A DNA stretch of 61,570 nucleotides. Origin: Squalus acanthias. Lineage: Eukaryota. A model generated the notes under the pieces. That model ran no database searches. It was not told where the DNA came from and saw nothing but the letters and a program-made list of their open reading frames with translations. Every line of letters starts with the position of its first letter. The first letter of the stretch is position 1. Location: contig JASTWF010000354.1 in NCBI GenBank assembly GCA_030390025.1, positions 434,001 through 495,570 on the forward strand, written 5' to 3'. This document shows, in pieces, positions 27,101-42,100 of the stretch. The position numbers and the translations under genes are program-made.

Positions 27101-30100
27101 ATTCTCTGGATTATTAGTCCAGGCCTGTGGATTACTGACATTCTCTGGATTATTAGTCCAGGCCTGTGGATTACTGACATTCTCTGGATTATTAGTCCAG
27201 GCCTGTGGATTACTGACATTCTCTGGATTATTAGTCCAGGCCTGTGGATTACTGACATTCTCTGGATTATTAGTCCAGGCCTGTGGATTACTGACATTCT
27301 CTGGATTATTAGTCCAGGCCTGTGGATTACTGACATTCTCTGGATTATTAGTCCAGGCCTGTGGATTACTGACATTCTCTGGATTATTAGTCCAGGCCTG
27401 TGGATTACTGACATTCTCTGGATTATTAGTCCAGGCCTGTGGATTACTGACATTCTCTGGATTATTAGTCCAGGCCTGTGGATTACTGACATTCTCTGGA
27501 TTATTAGTCCAGGCCTGTGGATTACTGACATTCTCTGGATTATTAGTCCAGGCCTGTGGATTACTGACATTCTCTGGATTATTAGTCCAGGCCTGTGGAT
27601 TACTGACATTCTCTGGATTATTAGTCCAGGCCTGTGGATTACTGACATTCTCTGGATTATTAGTCCAGGCCTGTGGATTACTGACATTCTCTGGATTATT
27701 AGTCCAGGCCTGTGGATTACTGACATTCTCTGGATTATTAGTCCAGGCCTGTGGATTACTGACATTCTCTGGATTATTAGTCCAGGCCTGTGGATTACTG
27801 ACATTCTCTGGATTATTAGTCCAGGCCTGTGGATTACTGACATTCTCTGGATTATTAGTCCAGGCCTGTGGATTACTGACATTCTCTGGATTATTAGTCC
27901 AGGCCTGTGGATTACTGACATTCTCTGGATTATTAGTCCAGGCCTGTGGATTACTGACATTCTCTGGATTATTAGTCCAGGCCTGTGGATTACTGACATT
28001 CTCTGGATTATTAGTCCAGGCCTGTGGATTACTGACATTCTCTGGATTATTAGTCCAGGCCTGTGGATTACTGACATTCTCTGGATTATTAGTCCAGGCC
28101 TGTGGATTACTGACATTCTCTGGATTATTAGTCCAGGCCTGTGGATTACTGACATTCTCTGGATTATTAGTCCAGGCCTGTGGATTACTGACATTCTCTG
28201 GATTATTAGTCCAGGCCTGTGGATTACTGACATTCTCTGGATTATTAGTCCAGGCCTGTGGATTACTGACATTCTCTGGATTATTAGTCCAGGCCTGTGG
28301 ATTACTGACATTCTCTGGATTATTAGTCCAGGCCTGTGGATTACTGACATTCTCTGGATTATTAGTCCAGGCCTGTGGATTACTGACATTCTCTGGATTA
28401 TTAGTCCAGGCCTGTGGATTACTGACATTCTCTGGATTATTAGTCCAGGCCTGTGGATTACTGACATTCTCTGGATTATTAGTCCAGGCCTGTGGATTAC
28501 TGACATTCTCTGGATTATTAGTCCAGGCCTGTGGATTACTGACATTCTCTGGATTATTAGTCCAGGCCTGTGGATTACTGACATTCTCTGGATTATTAGT
28601 CCAGGCCTGTGGATTACTGACATTCTCTGGATTATTAGTCCAGGCCTGTGGATTACTGACATTCTCTGGATTATTAGTCCAGGCCTGTGGATTACTGACA
28701 TTCTCTGGATTATTAGTCCAGGCCTGTGGATTACTGACATTCTCTGGATTATTAGTCCAGGCCTGTGGATTACTGACATTCTCTGGATTATTAGTCCAGG
28801 CCTGTGGATTACTGACATTCTCTGGATTATTAGTCCAGGCCTGTGGATTACTGACATTCTCTGGATTATTAGTCCAGGCCTGTGGATTACTGACATTCTC
28901 TGGATTATTAGTCCAGGCCTGTGGATTACTGACATTCTCTGGATTATTAGTCCAGGCCTGTGGATTACTGACATTCTCTGGATTATTAGTCCAGGCCTGT
29001 GGATTACTGACATTCTCTGGATTATTAGTCCAGGCCTGTGGATTACTGACATTCTCTGGATTATTAGTCCAGGCCTGTGGATTACTGACATTCTCTGGAT
29101 TATTAGTCCAGGCCTGTGGATTACTGACATTCTCTGGATTATTAGTCCAGGCCTGTGGATTACTGACATTCTCTGGATTATTAGTCCAGGCCTGTGGATT
29201 ACTGACATTCTCTGGATTATTAGTCCAGGCCTGTGGATTACTGACATTCTCTGGATTATTAGTCCAGGCCTGTGGATTACTGACATTCTCTGGATTATTA
29301 GTCCAGGCCTGTGGATTACTGACATTCTCTGGATTATTAGTCCAGGCCTGTGGATTACTGACATTCTCTGGATTATTAGTCCAGGCCTGTGGATTACTGA
29401 CATTCTCTGGATTATTAGTCCAGGCCTGTGGATTACTGACATTCTCTGGATTATTAGTCCAGGCCTGTGGATTACTGACATTCTCTGGATTATTAGTCCA
29501 GGCCTGTGGATTACTGACATTCTCTGGATTATTAGTCCAGGCCTGTGGATTACTGACATTCTCTGGATTATTAGTCCAGGCCTGTGGATTACTGACATTC
29601 TCTGGATTATTAGTCCAGGCCTGTGGATTACTGACATTCTCTGGATTATTAGTCCAGGCCTGTGGATTACTGACATTCTCTGGATTATTAGTCCAGGCCT
29701 GTGGATTACTGACATTCTCTGGATTATTAGTCCAGGCCTGTGGATTACTGACATTCTCTGGATTATTAGTCCAGGCCTGTGGATTACTGACATTCTCTGG
29801 ATTATTAGTCCAGGCCTGTGGATTACTGACATTCTCTGGATTATTAGTCCAGGCCTGTGGATTACTGACATTCTCTGGATTATTAGTCCAGGCCTGTGGA
29901 TTACTGACATTCTCTGGATTATTAGTCCAGGCCTGTGGATTACTGACATTCTCTGGATTATTAGTCCAGGCCTGTGGATTACTGACATTCTCTGGATTAT
30001 TAGTCCAGGCCTGTGGATTACTGACATTCTCTGGATTATTAGTCCAGGCCTGTGGATTACTGACATTCTCTGGATTATTAGTCCAGGCCTGTGGATTACT

Positions 30101-33100
30101 GACATTCTCTGGATTATTAGTCCAGGCCTGTGGATTACTGACATTCTCTGGATTATTAGTCCAGGCCTGTGGATTACTGACATTCTCTGGATTATTAGTC
30201 CAGGCCTGTGGATTACTGACATTCTCTGGATTATTAGTCCAGGCCTGTGGATTACTGACATTCTCTGGATTATTAGTCCAGGCCTGTGGATTACTGACAT
30301 TCTCTGGATTATTAGTCCAGGCCTGTGGATTACTGACATTCTCTGGATTATTAGTCCAGGCCTGTGGATTACTGACATTCTCTGGATTATTAGTCCAGGC
30401 CTGTGGATTACTGACATTCTCTGGATTATTAGTCCAGGCCTGTGGATTACTGACATTCTCTGGATTATTAGTCCAGGCCTGTGGATTACTGACATTCTCT
30501 GGATTATTAGTCCAGGCCTGTGGATTACTGACATTCTCTGGATTATTAGTCCAGGCCTGTGGATTACTGACATTCTCTGGATTATTAGTCCAGGCCTGTG
30601 GATTACTGACATTCTCTGGATTATTAGTCCAGGCCTGTGGATTACTGACATTCTCTGGATTATTAGTCCAGGCCTGTGGATTACTGACATTCTCTGGATT
30701 ATTAGTCCAGGCCTGTGGATTACTGACATTCTCTGGATTATTAGTCCAGGCCTGTGGATTACTGACATTCTCTGGATTATTAGTCCAGGCCTGTGGATTA
30801 CTGACATTCTCTGGATTATTAGTCCAGGCCTGTGGATTACTGACATTCTCTGGATTATTAGTCCAGGCCTGTGGATTACTGACATTCTCTGGATTATTAG
30901 TCCAGGCCTGTGGATTACTGACATTCTCTGGATTATTAGTCCAGGCCTGTGGATTACTGACATTCTCTGGATTATTAGTCCAGGCCTGTGGATTACTGAC
31001 ATTCTCTGGATTATTAGTCCAGGCCTGTGGATTACTGACATTCTCTGGATTATTAGTCCAGGCCTGTGGATTACTGACATTCTCTGGATTATTAGTCCAG
31101 GCCTGTGGATTACTGACATTCTCTGGATTATTAGTCCAGGCCTGTGGATTACTGACATTCTCTGGATTATTAGTCCAGGCCTGTGGATTACTGACATTCT
31201 CTGGATTATTAGTCCAGGCCTGTGGATTACTGACATTCTCTGGATTATTAGTCCAGGCCTGTGGATTACTGACATTCTCTGGATTATTAGTCCAGGCCTG
31301 TGGATTACTGACATTCTCTGGATTATTAGTCCAGGCCTGTGGATTACTGACATTCTCTGGATTATTAGTCCAGGCCTGTGGATTACTGACATTCTCTGGA
31401 TTATTAGTCCAGGCCTGTGGATTACTGACATTCTCTGGATTATTAGTCCAGGCCTGTGGATTACTGACATTCTCTGGATTATTAGTCCAGGCCTGTGGAT
31501 TACTGACATTCTCTGGATTATTAGTCCAGGCCTGTGGATTACTGACATTCTCTGGATTATTAGTCCAGGCCTGTGGATTACTGACATTCTCTGGATTATT
31601 AGTCCAGGCCTGTGGATTACTGACATTCTCTGGATTATTAGTCCAGGCCTGTGGATTACTGACATTCTCTGGATTATTAGTCCAGGCCTGTGGATTACTG
31701 ACATTCTCTGGATTATTAGTCCAGGCCTGTGGATTACTGACATTCTCTGGATTATTAGTCCAGGCCTGTGGATTACTGACATTCTCTGGATTATTAGTCC
31801 AGGCCTGTGGATTACTGACATTCTCTGGATTATTAGTCCAGGCCTGTGGATTACTGACATTCTCTGGATTATTAGTCCAGGCCTGTGGATTACTGACATT
31901 CTCTGGATTATTAGTCCAGGCCTGTGGATTACTGACATTCTCTGGATTATTAGTCCAGGCCTGTGGATTACTGACATTCTCTGGATTATTAGTCCAGGCC
32001 TGTGGATTACTGACATTCTCTGGATTATTAGTCCAGGCCTGTGGATTACTGACATTCTCTGGATTATTAGTCCAGGCCTGTGGATTACTGACATTCTCTG
32101 GATTATTAGTCCAGGCCTGTGGATTACTGACATTCTCTGGATTATTAGTCCAGGCCTGTGGATTACTGACATTCTCTGGATTATTAGTCCAGGCCTGTGG
32201 ATTACTGACATTCTCTGGATTATTAGTCCAGGCCTGTGGATTACTGACATTCTCTGGATTATTAGTCCAGGCCTGTGGATTACTGACATTCTCTGGATTA
32301 TTAGTCCAGGCCTGTGGATTACTGACATTCTCTGGATTATTAGTCCAGGCCTGTGGATTACTGACATTCTCTGGATTATTAGTCCAGGCCTGTGGATTAC
32401 TGACATTCTCTGGATTATTAGTCCAGGCCTGTGGATTACTGACATTCTCTGGATTATTAGTCCAGGCCTGTGGATTACTGACATTCTCTGGATTATTAGT
32501 CCAGGCCTGTGGATTACTGACATTCTCTGGATTATTAGTCCAGGCCTGTGGATTACTGACATTCTCTGGATTATTAGTCCAGGCCTGTGGATTACTGACA
32601 TTCTCTGGATTATTAGTCCAGGCCTGTGGATTACTGACATTCTCTGGATTATTAGTCCAGGCCTGTGGATTACTGACATTCTCTGGATTATTAGTCCAGG
32701 CCTGTGGATTACTGACATTCTCTGGATTATTAGTCCAGGCCTGTGGATTACTGACATTCTCTGGATTATTAGTCCAGGCCTGTGGATTACTGACATTCTC
32801 TGGATTATTAGTCCAGGCCTGTGGATTACTGACATTCTCTGGATTATTAGTCCAGGCCTGTGGATTACTGACATTCTCTGGATTATTAGTCCAGGCCTGT
32901 GGATTACTGACATTCTCTGGATTATTAGTCCAGGCCTGTGGATTACTGACATTCTCTGGATTATTAGTCCAGGCCTGTGGATTACTGACATTCTCTGGAT
33001 TATTAGTCCAGGCCTGTGGATTACTGACATTCTCTGGATTATTAGTCCAGGCCTGTGGATTACTGACATTCTCTGGATTATTAGTCCAGGCCTGTGGATT

Positions 33101-36100
33101 ACTGACATTCTCTGGATTATTAGTCCAGGCCTGTGGATTACTGACATTCTCTGGATTATTAGTCCAGGCCTGTGGATTACTGACATTCTCTGGATTATTA
33201 GTCCAGGCCTGTGGATTACTGACATTCTCTGGATTATTAGTCCAGGCCTGTGGATTACTGACATTCTCTGGATTATTAGTCCAGGCCTGTGGATTACTGA
33301 CATTCTCTGGATTATTAGTCCAGGCCTGTGGATTACTGACATTCTCTGGATTATTAGTCCAGGCCTGTGGATTACTGACATTCTCTGGATTATTAGTCCA
33401 GGCCTGTGGATTACTGACATTCTCTGGATTATTAGTCCAGGCCTGTGGATTACTGACATTCTCTGGATTATTAGTCCAGGCCTGTGGATTACTGACATTC
33501 TCTGGATTATTAGTCCAGGCCTGTGGATTACTGACATTCTCTGGATTATTAGTCCAGGCCTGTGGATTACTGACATTCTCTGGATTATTAGTCCAGGCCT
33601 GTGGATTACTGACATTCTCTGGATTATTAGTCCAGGCCTGTGGATTACTGACATTCTCTGGATTATTAGTCCAGGCCTGTGGATTACTGACATTCTCTGG
33701 ATTATTAGTCCAGGCCTGTGGATTACTGACATTCTCTGGATTATTAGTCCAGGCCTGTGGATTACTGACATTCTCTGGATTATTAGTCCAGGCCTGTGGA
33801 TTACTGACATTCTCTGGATTATTAGTCCAGGCCTGTGGATTACTGACATTCTCTGGATTATTAGTCCAGGCCTGTGGATTACTGACATTCTCTGGATTAT
33901 TAGTCCAGGCCTGTGGATTACTGACATTCTCTGGATTATTAGTCCAGGCCTGTGGATTACTGACATTCTCTGGATTATTAGTCCAGGCCTGTGGATTACT
34001 GACATTCTCTGGATTATTAGTCCAGGCCTGTGGATTACTGACATTCTCTGGATTATTAGTCCAGGCCTGTGGATTACTGACATTCTCTGGATTATTAGTC
34101 CAGGCCTGTGGATTACTGACATTCTCTGGATTATTAGTCCAGGCCTGTGGATTACTGACATTCTCTGGATTATTAGTCCAGGCCTGTGGATTACTGACAT
34201 TCTCTGGATTATTAGTCCAGGCCTGTGGATTACTGACATTCTCTGGATTATTAGTCCAGGCCTGTGGATTACTGACATTCTCTGGATTATTAGTCCAGGC
34301 CTGTGGATTACTGACATTCTCTGGATTATTAGTCCAGGCCTGTGGATTACTGACATTCTCTGGATTATTAGTCCAGGCCTGTGGATTACTGACATTCTCT
34401 GGATTATTAGTCCAGGCCTGTGGATTACTGACATTCTCTGGATTATTAGTCCAGGCCTGTGGATTACTGACATTCTCTGGATTATTAGTCCAGGCCTGTG
34501 GATTACTGACATTCTCTGGATTATTAGTCCAGGCCTGTGGATTACTGACATTCTCTGGATTATTAGTCCAGGCCTGTGGATTACTGACATTCTCTGGATT
34601 ATTAGTCCAGGCCTGTGGATTACTGACATTCTCTGGATTATTAGTCCAGGCCTGTGGATTACTGACATTCTCTGGATTATTAGTCCAGGCCTGTGGATTA
34701 CTGACATTCTCTGGATTATTAGTCCAGGCCTGTGGATTACTGACATTCTCTGGATTATTAGTCCAGGCCTGTGGATTACTGACATTCTCTGGATTATTAG
34801 TCCAGGCCTGTGGATTACTGACATTCTCTGGATTATTAGTCCAGGCCTGTGGATTACTGACATTCTCTGGATTATTAGTCCAGGCCTGTGGATTACTGAC
34901 ATTCTCTGGATTATTAGTCCAGGCCTGTGGATTACTGACATTCTCTGGATTATTAGTCCAGGCCTGTGGATTACTGACATTCTCTGGATTATTAGTCCAG
35001 GCCTGTGGATTACTGACATTCTCTGGATTATTAGTCCAGGCCTGTGGATTACTGACATTCTCTGGATTATTAGTCCAGGCCTGTGGATTACTGACATTCT
35101 CTGGATTATTAGTCCAGGCCTGTGGATTACTGACATTCTCTGGATTATTAGTCCAGGCCTGTGGATTACTGACATTCTCTGGATTATTAGTCCAGGCCTG
35201 TGGATTACTGACATTCTCTGGATTATTAGTCCAGGCCTGTGGATTACTGACATTCTCTGGATTATTAGTCCAGGCCTGTGGATTACTGACATTCTCTGGA
35301 TTATTAGTCCAGGCCTGTGGATTACTGACATTCTCTGGATTATTAGTCCAGGCCTGTGGATTACTGACATTCTCTGGATTATTAGTCCAGGCCTGTGGAT
35401 TACTGACATTCTCTGGATTATTAGTCCAGGCCTGTGGATTACTGACATTCTCTGGATTATTAGTCCAGGCCTGTGGATTACTGACATTCTCTGGATTATT
35501 AGTCCAGGCCTGTGGATTACTGACATTCTCTGGATTATTAGTCCAGGCCTGTGGATTACTGACATTCTCTGGATTATTAGTCCAGGCCTGTGGATTACTG
35601 ACATTCTCTGGATTATTAGTCCAGGCCTGTGGATTACTGACATTCTCTGGATTATTAGTCCAGGCCTGTGGATTACTGACATTCTCTGGATTATTAGTCC
35701 AGGCCTGTGGATTACTGACATTCTCTGGATTATTAGTCCAGGCCTGTGGATTACTGACATTCTCTGGATTATTAGTCCAGGCCTGTGGATTACTGACATT
35801 CTCTGGATTATTAGTCCAGGCCTGTGGATTACTGACATTCTCTGGATTATTAGTCCAGGCCTGTGGATTACTGACATTCTCTGGATTATTAGTCCAGGCC
35901 TGTGGATTACTGACATTCTCTGGATTATTAGTCCAGGCCTGTGGATTACTGACATTCTCTGGATTATTAGTCCAGGCCTGTGGATTACTGACATTCTCTG
36001 GATTATTAGTCCAGGCCTGTGGATTACTGACATTCTCTGGATTATTAGTCCAGGCCTGTGGATTACTGACATTCTCTGGATTATTAGTCCAGGCCTGTGG

Positions 36101-39100
36101 ATTACTGACATTCTCTGGATTATTAGTCCAGGCCTGTGGATTACTGACATTCTCTGGATTATTAGTCCAGGCCTGTGGATTACTGACATTCTCTGGATTA
36201 TTAGTCCAGGCCTGTGGATTACTGACATTCTCTGGATTATTAGTCCAGGCCTGTGGATTACTGACATTCTCTGGATTATTAGTCCAGGCCTGTGGATTAC
36301 TGACATTCTCTGGATTATTAGTCCAGGCCTGTGGATTACTGACATTCTCTGGATTATTAGTCCAGGCCTGTGGATTACTGACATTCTCTGGATTATTAGT
36401 CCAGGCCTGTGGATTACTGACATTCTCTGGATTATTAGTCCAGGCCTGTGGATTACTGACATTCTCTGGATTATTAGTCCAGGCCTGTGGATTACTGACA
36501 TTCTCTGGATTATTAGTCCAGGCCTGTGGATTACTGACATTCTCTGGATTATTAGTCCAGGCCTGTGGATTACTGACATTCTCTGGATTATTAGTCCAGG
36601 CCTGTGGATTACTGACATTCTCTGGATTATTAGTCCAGGCCTGTGGATTACTGACATTCTCTGGATTATTAGTCCAGGCCTGTGGATTACTGACATTCTC
36701 TGGATTATTAGTCCAGGCCTGTGGATTACTGACATTCTCTGGATTATTAGTCCAGGCCTGTGGATTACTGACATTCTCTGGATTATTAGTCCAGGCCTGT
36801 GGATTACTGACATTCTCTGGATTATTAGTCCAGGCCTGTGGATTACTGACATTCTCTGGATTATTAGTCCAGGCCTGTGGATTACTGACATTCTCTGGAT
36901 TATTAGTCCAGGCCTGTGGATTACTGACATTCTCTGGATTATTAGTCCAGGCCTGTGGATTACTGACATTCTCTGGATTATTAGTCCAGGCCTGTGGATT
37001 ACTGACATTCTCTGGATTATTAGTCCAGGCCTGTGGATTACTGACATTCTCTGGATTATTAGTCCAGGCCTGTGGATTACTGACATTCTCTGGATTATTA
37101 GTCCAGGCCTGTGGATTACTGACATTCTCTGGATTATTAGTCCAGGCCTGTGGATTACTGACATTCTCTGGATTATTAGTCCAGGCCTGTGGATTACTGA
37201 CATTCTCTGGATTATTAGTCCAGGCCTGTGGATTACTGACATTCTCTGGATTATTAGTCCAGGCCTGTGGATTACTGACATTCTCTGGATTATTAGTCCA
37301 GGCCTGTGGATTACTGACATTCTCTGGATTATTAGTCCAGGCCTGTGGATTACTGACATTCTCTGGATTATTAGTCCAGGCCTGTGGATTACTGACATTC
37401 TCTGGATTATTAGTCCAGGCCTGTGGATTACTGACATTCTCTGGATTATTAGTCCAGGCCTGTGGATTACTGACATTCTCTGGATTATTAGTCCAGGCCT
37501 GTGGATTACTGACATTCTCTGGATTATTAGTCCAGGCCTGTGGATTACTGACATTCTCTGGATTATTAGTCCAGGCCTGTGGATTACTGACATTCTCTGG
37601 ATTATTAGTCCAGGCCTGTGGATTACTGACATTCTCTGGATTATTAGTCCAGGCCTGTGGATTACTGACATTCTCTGGATTATTAGTCCAGGCCTGTGGA
37701 TTACTGACATTCTCTGGATTATTAGTCCAGGCCTGTGGATTACTGACATTCTCTGGATTATTAGTCCAGGCCTGTGGATTACTGACATTCTCTGGATTAT
37801 TAGTCCAGGCCTGTGGATTACTGACATTCTCTGGATTATTAGTCCAGGCCTGTGGATTACTGACATTCTCTGGATTATTAGTCCAGGCCTGTGGATTACT
37901 GACATTCTCTGGATTATTAGTCCAGGCCTGTGGATTACTGACATTCTCTGGATTATTAGTCCAGGCCTGTGGATTACTGACATTCTCTGGATTATTAGTC
38001 CAGGCCTGTGGATTACTGACATTCTCTGGATTATTAGTCCAGGCCTGTGGATTACTGACATTCTCTGGATTATTAGTCCAGGCCTGTGGATTACTGACAT
38101 TCTCTGGATTATTAGTCCAGGCCTGTGGATTACTGACATTCTCTGGATTATTAGTCCAGGCCTGTGGATTACTGACATTCTCTGGATTATTAGTCCAGGC
38201 CTGTGGATTACTGACATTCTCTGGATTATTAGTCCAGGCCTGTGGATTACTGACATTCTCTGGATTATTAGTCCAGGCCTGTGGATTACTGACATTCTCT
38301 GGATTATTAGTCCAGGCCTGTGGATTACTGACATTCTCTGGATTATTAGTCCAGGCCTGTGGATTACTGACATTCTCTGGATTATTAGTCCAGGCCTGTG
38401 GATTACTGACATTCTCTGGATTATTAGTCCAGGCCTGTGGATTACTGACATTCTCTGGATTATTAGTCCAGGCCTGTGGATTACTGACATTCTCTGGATT
38501 ATTAGTCCAGGCCTGTGGATTACTGACATTCTCTGGATTATTAGTCCAGGCCTGTGGATTACTGACATTCTCTGGATTATTAGTCCAGGCCTGTGGATTA
38601 CTGACATTCTCTGGATTATTAGTCCAGGCCTGTGGATTACTGACATTCTCTGGATTATTAGTCCAGGCCTGTGGATTACTGACATTCTCTGGATTATTAG
38701 TCCAGGCCTGTGGATTACTGACATTCTCTGGATTATTAGTCCAGGCCTGTGGATTACTGACATTCTCTGGATTATTAGTCCAGGCCTGTGGATTACTGAC
38801 ATTCTCTGGATTATTAGTCCCGGCCTGTGGATTACTGACATTCTCTGGATTATTAGTCCAGGCCTGTGGATTACTGACATTCTCTGGATTATTAGTCCAG
38901 GCCTGTGGATTACTGACATTCTCTGGATTATTAGTCCAGGCCTGTGGATTACTGACATTCTCTGGATTATTAGTCCAGGCCTGTGGATTACTGACATTCT
39001 CTGGATTATTAGTCCAGGCCTGTGGATTACTGACATTCTCTGGATTATTAGTCCAGGCCTGTGGATTACTGACATTCTCTGGATTATTAGTCCAGGCCTG

Positions 39101-42100
39101 TGGATTACTGACATTCTCTGGATTATTAGTCCAGGCCTGTGGATTACTGACATTCTCTGGATTATTAGTCCAGGCCTGTGGATTACTGACATTCTCTGGA
39201 TTATTAGTCCAGGCCTGTGGATTACTGACATTCTCTGGATTATTAGTCCAGGCCTGTGGATTACTGACATTCTCTGGATTATTAGTCCAGGCCTGTGGAT
39301 TACTGACATTCTCTGGATTATTAGTCCAGGCCTGTGGATTACTGACATTCTCTGGATTATTAGTCCAGGCCTGTGGATTACTGACATTCTCTGGATTATT
39401 AGTCCAGGCCTGTGGATTACTGACATTCTCTGGATTATTAGTCCAGGCCTGTGGATTACTGACATTCTCTGGATTATTAGTCCAGGCCTGTGGATTACTG
39501 ACATTCTCTGGATTATTAGTCCAGGCCTGTGGATTACTGACATTCTCTGGATTATTAGTCCAGGCCTGTGGATTACTGACATTCTCTGGATTATTAGTCC
39601 AGGCCTGTGGATTACTGACATTCTCTGGATTATTAGTCCAGGCCTGTGGATTACTGACATTCTCTGGATTATTAGTCCAGGCCTGTGGATTACTGACATT
39701 CTCTGGATTATTAGTCCAGGCCTGTGGATTACTGACATTCTCTGGATTATTAGTCCAGGCCTGTGGATTACTGACATTCTCTGGATTATTAGTCCAGGCC
39801 TGTGGATTACTGACATTCTCTGGATTATTAGTCCAGGCCTGTGGATTACTGACATTCTCTGGATTATTAGTCCAGGCCTGTGGATTACTGACATTCTCTG
39901 GATTATTAGTCCAGGCCTGTGGATTACTGACATTCTCTGGATTATTAGTCCAGGCCTGTGGATTACTGACATTCTCTGGATTATTAGTCCAGGCCTGTGG
40001 ATTACTGACATTCTCTGGATTATTAGTCCAGGCCTGTGGATTACTGACATTCTCTGGATTATTAGTCCAGGCCTGTGGATTACTGACATTCTCTGGATTA
40101 TTAGTCCAGGCCTGTGGATTACTGACATTCTCTGGATTATTAGTCCAGGCCTGTGGATTACTGACAGTCTCTGGATTAATTAGGTCCAGGCTGTGGATTA
40201 CTGACAGTCTCTGGATATTAGTCCTGGCCTGTGGGATACTGTCAATTCTCTGGATTATTAGTGCCCTGTCTGTGGATTACTGACATTCTCTGGATTATTA
40301 GTCCCGGCCTGTGGATTACTGACATTCACTGGATTATTAGTCCAGCCTGTGGATTACTGACATTCTCTGGATTATTAGTCCAGGCCTGTAGATTACTGAC
40401 ATTCTCTGGATTATTAGTCCAGGCCTGTAGATTACTGACATTCTCTGGATTATTAGTCCAGGCCTGTGGATTACTGACATTCTCTGGATTATTAGTCCAG
40501 GCCTGTGGATTACTGACATTCTCTGGATTATCAGTCCAGGCCTGTGGATTACTGACATTCTCTGGATTATTAGTCCAGGCCTGAGATTACTGACATTCTC
40601 TGGATTATTTGTCCAGGCCTGTGGATTACTGACATTCTCTGGATTATTGTCCAGGCCTGTGGATTACTGACATTCTCTGGATTATTAGTCCAGGCCTGTG
40701 GATTACTGACATTCTCTGGATTATTAGTCCAGGCCTGTGGATTACTGACATTCTCTGGATTATCAGTCCAGGCCTGTGGATTACTGACAGTCTCTGGATT
40801 ATCAGTCCAGGCCTGTGGATTACTGACAGTCTCTGGATTATTAGTCCAGGCCTGTGGATTACTGACATTCTCTGGATTATTCAGTCCAGGCCTGTGGATT
40901 ACTGACATTCTCTGGATTATAGTCCAGGCCTGTGGATTACTGACATTCTCTGGATTATTAGTCCAGGCCTGTGGATTACTGACATTCTCTGGATTATTAG
41001 TCCAGGCCTGTGGATTACTGACATTCTCTGGATTATTAGTCCAGGCCTGTGGATTACTGACATTCTCTGGATTATTAGTCCAGGCCTGTGGATTACTGAC
41101 ATTCTCTGGATTATTAGTCCTGGCCTGTGGATTACTGACATTCTCTTGATTATTAGTCCAGGCCTGTGGATTACTGACAGTCTCTGGATTATTAGTCCAG
41201 GCCTGTGGATTACTGACATTCTCTGGATTATTAGTCCAGGCCTGTGGATTACTGACATTCTCTGGATTATTAGTCCCTGCCTGTGGATTACTGACATTCT
41301 CTGGATTATTAGTCCAGGCCTGTGGATTACTGACATTCTCTGGATTATTAGTCCCGGCCTGTGGATTACTGACATTCTCTGGATATTAGTCCGGCCTGTG
41401 GATTACTGACATTCTCTGGATTATTAGTCCTGGCCTGTGGATTACTGACATTCTCTGGATTATTAGTCCAGGCCTGTGGATTACTGACATTCTCTGGATT
41501 ATTAGTCCAGGCCTGTGGATTACTGACATTCTCTGGATTATTAGTCCAGGCCTGTGGATTACTGACATTCTCTGGATTATTAGTCCAGGCCTGTGGATTA
41601 CTGACATTCTCTGGATTATTAGTCCAGGCCTGTGGATTACTGACATTCTCTGGATTATTAGTCCAGGCCTGTGGATTACTGACATTCTCTGGATTATTAG
41701 TCCAGGCCTGTGGATTACTGACATTCTCTGGATTATTAGTCCCAGGCCTGTGGATTACTGACATTCTCTGGATTATTAGTCCAGGCCTGTGGATTACTGA
41801 CATTCTCTGGATTATTAGTCCAGGCCTGTGGATTACTGACATTCTCTGGATTATTAGTCCAGGCCTGTGGATTACTGACATTCTCTGGATTATTAGTCCA
41901 GGCCTGTGGATTACTGACATTCTCTGGATTATTAGTCCAGGCCTGTGGATTACTGACATTCTCTGGATTATTAGTCCAGGCCTGTGGATTACTGACATCT
42001 CTGGATTATTAGTCCAGGCCTGTGATTACTGACATTCTCTGGATTATTAGACCAGGCCTGTGGATTACTGACATTCTCTGGATTATTAGTCCAGGCCTGT

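Noticed and set aside
19174..40128. 6984-aa ORF and other repeat ORFs as real CDS
   Set aside because: They are a by-product of a stop-free 39-bp unit. Several overlapping frames on both strands are open, frames switch at indels, and there are no unique domains.
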